Below are positions 54,438 to 64,000 of a stretch of DNA of 64,000 bases, in pieces; position 1 is the stretch's first letter; each line of letters opens with the position of its first letter. A model generated the notes under the pieces. The model saw nothing but the letters and a program-made list of their open reading frames with translations, was not told the origin of the DNA and searched no databases. The stretch is from Octopus sinensis. Its lineage: Eukaryota. The stretch lies in the NCBI RefSeq assembly GCF_006345805.1, contig NC_043012.1, positions 53,568,001 to 53,632,000 on the forward strand, given 5' to 3'. Made by a program: the position numbers and the translations under genes.

Positions 54438-55098
54438 CTTGTTTTATTTATATTTCCTGAGCGCCATACTAATACAATTGTTTGTTTGTTTCCCACCTGC
54501 CTTCGTCTTTTGTCTATTTTCATAAAGCTTCCCGTTATATATATATACGCATGTCTGTATGTATGTATAAACACATATACATACATATGAATATGTGTGA
54601 ATATATGTGTGCGTGTGTGTGTATGTATAAATATGTATAAATCTTGTATCTAGGGAGAGTCATTATGACACACGTACTAAACACACGTACTTATATTTTT
54701 ATTTACAAAATTCCAATCGCCATCATTCTTGCAGTAATATCCACGTGTTTACGTATTAAGTGGTATGAAATCATTGTTTCTAAATTTAACTAGAAAACCA
54801 TATATAAAACTTATAATGAAAATAAGAAAACTGGGTTCGATTTCCAACTGTACAAATACCCGTATTTTTTTTTTAACTACCGTGTTTTATATGCTCTAAT
54901 ATTAGACTGATATCTATAGTCAATATACGGTGATGTCTTATAATTCTATTTACTACAAAACATAGATCCACATACAAAAAGAAATAACCACTGAAAATGC
55001 ACGCACAGATACGCAACCACACATATGAACGCATGCACACAGCCGTATACACAGACACTTATAAAACCGACTACACCACATGCGCATTGTTTGTTTTT

Positions 55099-55144
55099 AA
55101 CACAACGTTTCGGCTGATATAGCCTCCAGCCTTCATCAGATGTC
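55099..55144 (-). ncRNA. Hammerhead motif of the 2479-3008 family (inverted partner 55218-55262 on +, degenerate)
   Basis: GACAU-CUGAUGA-A-GGCUG...CAGCC-GAAA-CG-UU-GUGUU. Confidence 0.6.
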
Positions 55145-55313
55145 TAATAATAATAACAACATCATCATCATCGAAAAATACCATAAGAATGAGAACCCAG
55201 GTTTGAAATTTCTCCAAGACACCTGATGAAGGCTGGAGGCTATATCAGCCGAACTTTGTTTTAACAACATACAAGATGAGGACAAATATCCGTCAAATGT
55301 AAATAATGTAAAT

Positions 55314-55363
<50 letters not shown>

Positions 55364-55864
55364 TGGATATATATATATATATATACATACATATACATGT
55401 GTGTATATGTATATACACCGGTTCGTATTTATATGCCCGTGATTGATTATATATATAATGATGTATATATATATATATGTAAAAATACTTCCATAATTAT
55501 ATTATGTATGTATGTATATATAAATACACACACACATACATACATATAGTCATGCATGTATGTCAAGAAGTGGAAAATGCTTTCCAGCGGTACTATTGCT
55601 CCGTGTGAGCAAGTTTAGCGTTTATCGGAAAATTTTTAGCGGCCTTGCCTTAAATTCTATATGCCATTCCGGTGGACGATACTGGCATTTCGGACACCTA
55701 CGTACTTTAGGGAGAAAGAACACGTTATCTCAACCATCATATAATATATTGCACTCTTGCTTATACTTCTACTCATGCATACAAATATACATGAGTGCGC
55801 ATATACATACATATATATATATACTAATACCTTGACAATTATGTTACTTATTTGCTTGTTATGT

Positions 55865-55936
<72 letters not shown>

Positions 55937-56649
55937 GAAAACCTACGTTGTGTTCCAAGCTTTATAAGACATACACGTGTTTCAGTAAAACGACTGACAA
56001 GATTTCAATATCGTTAGATCAGATTTACCTCGTCAATGCTTTCCTCTAAACACACCGGCTCACGCTCGTGCCTACGCGGTTATCTGCATAATAAACAGTC
56101 AGTTTCAACAATTTATTCGTTAATGATGCACAAGATTTTTGCACTCTTCCCATCTATCAATCTATCTACACCTGTCATAGTATATTTTTCAATTATCAGT
56201 TTATCGAGATATATATGTAAATTGCGATAGCAGTTCATGTGTCATTATTATATATGGTTAGCGTGTAAATATTAATTCCATGTGCTGTTCATTCAAAGGG
56301 ATCTTGTAGTGTAAATGAAATTTGAAAACATACTGATAGGAAGAAGTAGATAGAGAGAAGAGAATAGATAAGTATGTTAGAGGGAAGAAATGGTAAAAAG
56401 TAATGGTCAAAAGGATTGGGGGAGGAAAGAAGAAGGAAAGAAAGAAAGAGGAAGATACATTCCTCTGGATACCAAAACATCTCACACATACACACACACA
56501 CATATATATATATATACAGGTAAAACAATTTAAGTGTATGCGCGTTACATAAATAATATTTTCAAGATTAAATAAAAAAACAACAGAAAATATGGCATGC
56601 CTGTATATATATATACAGGCATGTTTCTCTCCTTGTTTTTTTCTGTGTA

Positions 56650-56687
56650 TCTTTCTGTCGAAGAGCGTAGTCTCGAAACGTAAAAGA
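56650..56687 (+). ncRNA. Second U6-variant hammerhead-like motif
   Basis: UCUUU-CUGUCGA-A-GAGC-GUAG-UCUC-GAAA-CG-UA-AAAGA. GUA triplet, one stem II mismatch. Confidence 0.45.
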
Positions 56688-56981
56688 CTTTTTCTATTCC
56701 TGAGCGCTATACTAATACATTTGTTTGTTTGTACTCCACCTGCCTTCGTCTTTTGTTTATTTTCGTAAACTTTCCCTTTATATGTATATATATAGTTTTG
56801 TCTCATTTTATTTAACATGTACATGCGCAGATGAGACCCGCATTAGACTCCTCACTCGCATTATTATCGAACCGAGAGTTTAACTACAGTCTTTCCGTCG
56901 CACTTGCATAGCCTTACCTGCCATCTTGGGTCTTCTGGATACCAATACGTCTCATTATATATAATATATATATATATAATA

Positions 56982-57029
<48 letters not shown>

Positions 57030-57081
57030 GTATATATATATGTATATATAATATAGATATATAGATATATATATGTATATA

Positions 57082-57146
<65 letters not shown>

Positions 57147-57489
57147 TATATACATATATATACATACATATATATATATATGTATATATATAAAAATTTA
57201 AAGAAATCAGAAAATGGAGAAATATTGATGAAGTAATAAATGATAATTGATGTAAACCAATTGTTGTTCATCAGTATTTCTCCATTTTCCGTTTTCTTTA
57301 AATTTTAATTCTTGATAAACTCATGTTTATCGTTGTCTTTACCTATAATTTATGAGCATTATATGCCCATATCCCTTAGACAGTTATTTTAATCTCTAAC
57401 TCAGGTAAACTTATATGTATATTTATATATATATAGGCACCTCCTTTTAAGAATATTTAGTGAAATTGATTTTTTAAAAGATTGATACT

Positions 57490-57825
57490 CATTCCATCGG
57501 TCTCTTTTTGCCGAATTGTTTTGTCGCGGGGATGCAAATACTCCAGAACCGGTTGTCAAGAGGTGATGGGGGATAAACAAAGACACGATACATGTGTTTG
57601 TGTGTGTATGTGTGTGCGTCCGCGTGTGTGTGTGTGTGTCTTGTGTGTGTGAGCGTTTGCGTGTGTATCAGACGGGCTGCTTTCAGTTTCCGTCTACCAA
57701 ATCCGCTCACAAGGCTCTAGGCGACCCGAGGCTATAGCAGAAGACACCTGCCCGAGGTGCCACGCAGTGAGACCGAACCCCGAACCATGTGGTTGGGAAG
57801 CAAGCTTTTTACCACACAACCACGC
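57490..57825 (-). mobile_element. tRNA-derived SINE family A
   Basis: Reverse copy with head, core and partial tail. Confidence 0.7.
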
Positions 57826-58301
57826 CTAGTGTTCAACACTCTCTTTCTTCCCTCACTCACCCCTATCTCACCCTTTCTTCCCATCTATCCCACTTTGTCT
57901 TGTCCCTCGCGTTCTCTTTCTTGCTCTTTGACCCTTCAAAGAGTCGATCTATTTATCTGCTTTTTGTACAAACCTATCGAATCTCAGTGCAGTTAAGCAA
58001 AGTACACATTGTTCTCTTTCGACTCTCACAAACGACAAGAGTAGAATTAGAATTGTCTACCCTGAACCGGATTGCTGTTAGAATGCGAGGCAGTATTAGG
58101 TCACGCTTCACGTTCATATTACTATATTTGTTACGTAAAGTTGTCAAAAGGGAGGTGAAGATCCGCGGCATCACAGTGGACGCTGTTCTATTTATCGTGT
58201 GTATGTATATGTAAATGTGTGTGATCGTGCGTGTGTGTGTGTGTATGGGTGTGTATTTGTTTGCATATATGTGTATGCATATATATATATACTAATACAT
58301 A

Positions 58302-58352
<51 letters not shown>

Positions 58353-58375
58353 TGATGCATATCTATATGCAAAAT

Positions 58376-58432
58376 ATGTTTTCACTTTTAAATCTAATAC
58401 TTCTTGCTACATCACTTTTACTAATAAAAATT
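58376..58432 (+). CDS. ITIH: Probable signal-peptide exon of ITIH-like gene
   Basis: ATG...MFSLLNLILLATSLLLIKI with donor ATT|gtaaga in phase 0, then a 102-nt intron to the microexon. An alternative in-frame ATG lies at 58367. Symbol is family-level only. Confidence 0.5.
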
Positions 58433-58534
58433 GTAAGAAGAATGGAGTATTTTCTAGAAAATAAATTACAAATAAGTTCATTGCGTGTGACTTTTCGTAA
58501 ATTCATGTAAAATTTGAATACGTTTAGTTTTCAG

Positions 58535-58555
58535 TGCCAGACCTTCATCGTGAAC
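58535..58555 (+). CDS. ITIH: Probable 21-nt microexon of ITIH-like gene (CQTFIVN)
   Basis: gtttagttttcag| acceptor and AAC|gtaagc donor. Phase 0-0 joins the signal exon to the VIT exon, giving ...IKICQTFIVNG-VNSEPP, a plausible signal cleavage site. Confidence 0.55.
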
Positions 58556-60104
58556 GTAAGCATTTCGTCTATGTTTGATAACGCAAATGAAACAATATGG
58601 ATAACCAGACGTATGAATATGCATTATAATCTCTTGCTATTCTGAATAATAAAATCTGTATATGACATTTTTTTCTATACACAACAAAATATACGCATTT
58701 CAGAAGTTCCAAACTGTTGGGAGACAGCGAGTGCAGACATACAGGGAAGCAACTTTTGTATGGCTCTCATTTCGCCGCTGCTTATTTTTGATGCAAGCAC
58801 GACTGGCATCCGTGAATTTGGAATGTGTTCTATATCCCGAATTTCGCATCCGTAGCAGATGAGCTACAAATGCAGTATATTAATAATTGTTTTAAATTTT
58901 GGCACAAGGCCAGCAATTTTAGGGGAGCGGTACTTAATTTATCGACCCTGAAAAAATGAAAGGCAAAGTCGAACCCGCCGGAATTTGAACTCAGAACGTA
59001 GCGGCAGATGAAATGCCACTAGGAATTTCACCCGGCCTGCTAACGATTCTGCCAGCTTACCGCCTTAATAATAATCATTTCTACTATAGGTACAAGGCCT
59101 GAAATATTGGGGGAAGGGAATAGTCGATTGCATCGACTCCACTGTTTCACTGGTACTTAATTTATCGACCCCGTTAGGATGAAAAACACAGACGACTTCG
59201 GCTGAATTTGAACTCAAAACGTAAGGACGGACGAAATGCCACTAAGCATTTACCCGGCGTGCTAGCGATTCTGCCAGCTCCCTTCCTTAAGCAGCATATT
59301 AATAATGATAAAGAACAGTTGGACAAAAAAAGTGGCATTAATCTTTCTCAAACTTCATATCTCTAAAATGGAGCTTTTTTTCGACTGTTCATTTTTAGAC
59401 TAATAGTACTAGTTTCATCAAAAACGGATGCATCACCTGTAAATTGTGACAACAACCTTCAAAAACCCGAGAAAACAGTGTTAAAGAAACAGTGAGTGAA
59501 TAACATGACATAATATTCATACATTAATGGATACCGTATGGAGCAACTCCCTAAATTAATTATATTTTATGATCCTAAAAACTATAGGACATATACCTCC
59601 TGAAAGAAGCCTGAATTCATGAAAACATGAATGGGTTAGCCAGTTCTTACGGCAATGCCTTCAAAGCTTCCAGTATTGTTTTACAGCTCACTCAAATTTC
59701 CAAACTTCCATTATCAGGGAATCTGTTAGTAAAATTGTCGATAGAAAGCTGACGGAAATGATTCAAGGTGACGATTTTATCTGTTTTGATATATATTTTG
59801 TGATATTTTGAAATAAAAGAAAAACCAATAGACTTTGGTATCAATATTATGATGGTGCTACGAAATTTTCAAGTAATATTTTATATCTTGACGAAAGCTA
59901 CCAAAGCTCCTATCGTAAATGCAGTAAGGATCCATTCTTCATTCTGGAAGCGATTGATGCTTGTGAGGCTGTTCCTGATTATAGAACTACACAATTAACA
60001 GGACGAAGACCAGATTGGTTTTCTACTTCGTACCAAAGCGTGCGTGCAACTTGACTTCGATGGTAAAATTGAGCTTCAATACGTTGTAAAGTTATAACGA
60101 TTGA

Positions 60105-60311
60105 ATGCCAAATGATGAATTCTGTTTCGGATATATTAACGTATCTTGTGAATTTCACATACCTAGAAAAAAGTCCCTTATCAATGCTTTTCTAGGGTGT
60201 CTAAATACGGAAGTTGTCAAAGCATTTGATAGAGAAGCAGTCAGTTATAAGCCCATTGATTCCTTTGATGATAAAAATCCATCGTACAATTATTTAATGT
60301 TTCTAAATAGC
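60105..60311 (+). mobile_element. Possible degraded Helitron (PIF1-like helicase) fragment
   Basis: EAVSYKPIDSFDDKNPSYNYLMFLNS resembles the Helitron helicase motif Y.S.D.......NYP.EFLNS. Surrounding frames are broken. Confidence 0.4.
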
Positions 60312-63310
60312 TGTTATTTCGATAGAGTGTATTCCCTATGTTTTTACCTTTGAGAAGATTTGCTTTGTAATAATGCATTCAAATTTTGGCTCAAGGCCAG
60401 CAAAATTTCGGGAAAGGAGTAAGTCGATAACATCGACCCCATTATTCAACTGGTACTTATTTTATCGACTCCGAAAATACGAAAAGTAAAGTCGACCTCA
60501 ACGGAAATAGAACTCAGAACGTAGAGATAGACGAAATACCGCTAAGAATCTTGCCTAGCTCCCTAACGATTCTGCCCGCTCGTCACCTTATTAGTAGCCG
60601 CTTGCATTAGGCCTTGTACGTAGTAGAATGTTCTTGTAAACAAGAATAACGTACAAGAATAAATGATGGCGGCTGCATTGTCAAAGAAGTAAGCAGTAAG
60701 CATAAGGAAAAACTTGTTATTGTATCAAGGATGAATACGAGAAATTATAATTCAACTCGCCATTCATCCGTGTACGATTGCAGTTACCATTTCAAACGTC
60801 TTTTACAGTGATAATCAATATCATTAGTATTATTTAGAGCGCTGTTTTCCTAATTACACAAAACTTCTAATGAAATGTGCATTCCAACAGAGGAATAATC
60901 CTAAATAATATACATTAAGGAATCCAATAAACGAGAACTCTAGGATAAAATTAGTTATAGTCTGCTTCGGCTAAAATTTTATTCAATAAGGTGGTTAAAT
61001 TTGGATAGGTGTTACTGCTCACGTATCACACATTCTTGAATCTGAGAGAAGGAAAGAAAATATGTAAGTATATAAAATCCCACTACCCGTTTGTCATAGT
61101 CTTTCCCAGACGAAGGGCGGGACTCATAACGTTAAGGTTTGCTTATCAAAATTTATGAACTCCACTATTAAATTAATCAGCTAGAATAAAACGGTGTAAA
61201 ATTTCAGACGTTAATCGTGTTTTAATCTTTCAAGTCGAAAATATGTTCTTTCGATATATTTTCCTCCACTTATTTTTTTTAGCCCTGCCGCCACAGATAC
61301 ACACATAACCATAACTTATCTGCTCATCGTGACACACTTTCGTTAAAAGTGTAAGGGGTGAAGAAATGTCCTTGCCCTTGATCCTTTATATTTTTCACGA
61401 ACTCGGAGACAGAAATAAAATTAACCAGGCATAATGAATCACGCGGTAGGTGAACGGGAACAGCGATTGTGGATATTTTGCTGTTATCTCTGTTCATGGT
61501 TACAGTGTACTCGAGATGCCCTAATTAAATAAGAACCGGTTGGATATTGCAGTCTATCTCATCGATTAACATTCCTCACCAAAATATCCGGTTTTTGTGC
61601 CAAGAGCAGAAAAAAATATTTTGAACTGGCTTAAAAGCCGCCTGATTGGGTGGGTTTTAAGCTAGCTCCTCTGGAGAACTCTTTATTCAGTCTTGGGCCT
61701 AACAACGACACTTCCTGCATTGAGTACAAATTATATTTTGATAAACGTTTTGAAGCAATGAACAATCTTCATCAAAACAATGATATAATTTGTCGACTTG
61801 GAACTTATTGCAAAGCTGCATCATAAACAACAGTACCACCACCATACACACGCCATTCAGTCTTTTTATGATGGTAATGGAGTGGTAGTAATAGTATGAG
61901 CTGTAGCTGTGAAAGTGGCGGAGGCGACAGTGATGATGATGGTGGTAGTAGCCGAGGTGGTCAGGGATGAAGGTGAGAGTAAGTGATGTGACAGGCAGTG
62001 GTGATGGTGGTGGAGGGGAAGGTGGTAAAGTCAAAGGTATTACTGGTGATGGTACTAAGAAAATGAATTCAGTGGCTAGTCACTCTTTCTCTCACATACC
62101 CATTCTTTCTCTCTCTCTTACTAATACTCCCACTGCCACCATCAACACTACTACTTTTAATAAAACAACATCAACAGTAGAAGCGTCATTGACTAGTGAG
62201 TCAGGGTGTCAAAGTGTGACACACTGACACACAGAAATTAGTTTTCTCATTTATTGTAGAAGCTGGCAGAAACGTTAGCACGCCGGGCAAAATGCTTAGC
62301 GGTATTTCGTCTGTCTGAGTTCAAATCCCGCCGAGGTTGACTTTGCTTTTCATCCTTTCCGGGTGGTTATGTTAAGTACCAGTTGCGTACTGGGGTCGAT
62401 CTAATCAACAGTTCCCCAAAATTTCGGGCCTTGTGAATCGTAAGCACGTCGGACAAAATGCTAAGCGACATTTCCTGTGACCCTTCATACCTTGAATTTA
62501 AATAATACCAAGGACAACTTTACCTTTTATTCTTAGGGAATCGATAAAATAAGTACCTGTCAAGCACAGGGGCTGATGTAATCAACTACCATTTTCCCCC
62601 AAAACTGCTGGCCTTGGAGGAAAAAGAATTATTTTGAAAAAGAGTAAGACGATTGACACAACCCAAATAGAAGAATGAAATGTATTCTTAGTTACTTTAT
62701 TATTATGATAGCAAAAGGTAGTGAACTGGTAGAATCAATAGCACTCTGGACAAAAGGCTTAGCGACATTTTGTCCGTCTTTAATTAGTGAGTTAAAATTC
62801 CGCAGAGGTCGACTCAGCCTTTATTTCTTTCGTGGTCGATAAATTAAGTAACAGTCAACAGTAGGGTCGATGTAATCGTTCACACCAACCCTAGAAAATT
62901 TGAAGCCTTTTCGCTATAACAGAAAACAATATTGTGAGACCAAATTCTGCCTGGGTATAATTTGATTTTGCTCTCCGCTGTGTGTGTGAAATAATTCCTG
63001 AGAATGGCTGCAATGATATTTGGGAATCGATTCAACTAATTACAATTAATTCCCTGCTATTATAGATCTTGCATCTTTCCTCCCAAATTTTGGTCTGATA
63101 TCGAAGCAAAATAGAAAACCGATAACTTAAGAATTTTAGACACAAATCAGAAATCAATATATCTTGAGCACAACATAGATTAGAACATATCAAACATTGC
63201 TACACAGAATGATATCAAATGTTGCTTGCATAATTACGATTGGAAGATACCAAGCACTGCTTTTATGATTGACTTGCAAATGCATTGATATGATTTACTA
63301 TATATTATAG

Positions 63311-63483
63311 GGTGTAAACTCGGAGCCACCGGATATTCTTCGCTTACACATCCAGTCGGATATTCGAATGAGATTCGCCACCACGCAAATTACAAGTTTG
63401 GTTGCCAATAATAACAATTATTCTCAAGAAGTCACCTTTAATGTCAACTTACCAGAAGAGGCGTTTATATCCAGTTTCAAAAT
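63311..63483 (+). CDS. ITIH: ITIH-like VIT domain exon (phase 0 to 2)
   Basis: tatattatag| acceptor and AT|gtaagt donor. GVNSEPPDILRLHIQSDIRMRFATTQITSLVANNNNYSQEVTFNVNLPEEAFISSFK(M) matches the VIT motifs RFA.T..TS...N and F.V.LP..AFIS.F.M. Confidence 0.93.
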
Positions 63484-63574
63484 GTAAGTATTTTATACTG
63501 ACGTTGAAAGAAAGCGTAGTCATCTATTAAATTATCGAATAATGATAACATATTTCGTATTTCTTTATAAACAG

Positions 63575-63685
63575 GGTAATCGATGATGTTGAATATCCAG
63601 GTGAAGTTAAAGAAAAGGAGCAAGCTAAAAAGGCGTACGAAAAAGCCAAACGCAAAGGTCAAAGTGCTGGTCATGTTGCCAAAAA
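63575..63685 (+). CDS. ITIH: ITIH-like VIT domain exon (phase 2 to 2); gene continues beyond the window
   Basis: ttctttataaacag| acceptor and AA|gttagt donor after a 91-nt intron. VIDDVEYPGEVKEKEQAKKAYEKAKRKGQSAGHVAK matches ITIH ID...Y.G.VKEK..A...Y..A...G.SAG.V. Confidence 0.93.
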
Positions 63686-64000
63686 GTTAGTAAATTCTTT
63701 TATTCTGAAAGATCAAATTCCGTTCTTTTCTTTGTAACTACTTTCCAAACGAAATTTCTTCTACTCAAAGAATTTAGGTTCTTTTTTCATTCGAATTCAG
63801 TGGCTGTTTTCAAAATCGATGTCATGAATCAATGAATATATAATTATTATTTGTTAGGTTGAAGCCGTAAAACTGCGTGTCTTAGGGGTTATGGGATTGC
63901 GCTTATGATCAAGAGAGTGTGATTGCGTTGTGCTTTTGAGCAAAAATATCATTTCACATTACCTCACACCGCTTTTGAAGGTGAATAGTCCTGTGACAGA

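Noticed and set aside
57200-57300. Inverted repeat containing (C/U)UGAUGA on both strands
   Set aside because: No GAAA/NUH half is present; it is only a hairpin.
63140-63281. YDWKIPSTAFMIDLQM, a VIT look-alike upstream of the real exon
   Set aside because: In-frame stop and no GT donor. The true VIT exon is 63311-63483, so this is treated as coincidence.

Overview
AT-rich, microsatellite-dense animal genomic DNA. The SINE families look like those of Octopus, which is an inference from recalled repeat families. Host genes: (i) the 5' part of an inter-alpha-trypsin-inhibitor heavy chain (ITIH)-like gene on +. Its VIT-domain exons at 63311-63483 and 63575-63685 are clear; a signal-peptide exon (58376-58432) and a 21-nt microexon (58535-58555) are probable. 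(ii) A chain of unidentified + strand exon-like segments at about 17.1-19.7 kb. Mobile DNA: a decayed near-full-length CR1/L2-group LINE (23.1-26.1 kb), two CR1-type 3' ends, a cluster of R4/Dong-clade retroelements in (AAT)n arrays (44.5-51.1 kb), internally deleted mariner and Tc1 elements, several MITEs, a possible Helitron remnant and many tRNA-derived SINEs. Main hunt result: about 15 type I hammerhead-ribozyme-like motifs (stem I-CUGANGA-stem II-GAAA-palindromic or near-palindromic stem III-NUH-stem I) in about 9 unrelated sequence families. They sit in short non-coding repeats resembling Penelope-like-element terminal repeats or retrozymes. Several form long foldback palindromes, one family is fused to a tRNA-like Pol III head as a tandem dimer, and one family has U instead of A at core position 6. 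All folds were read by eye; no searches or folding programs were run.
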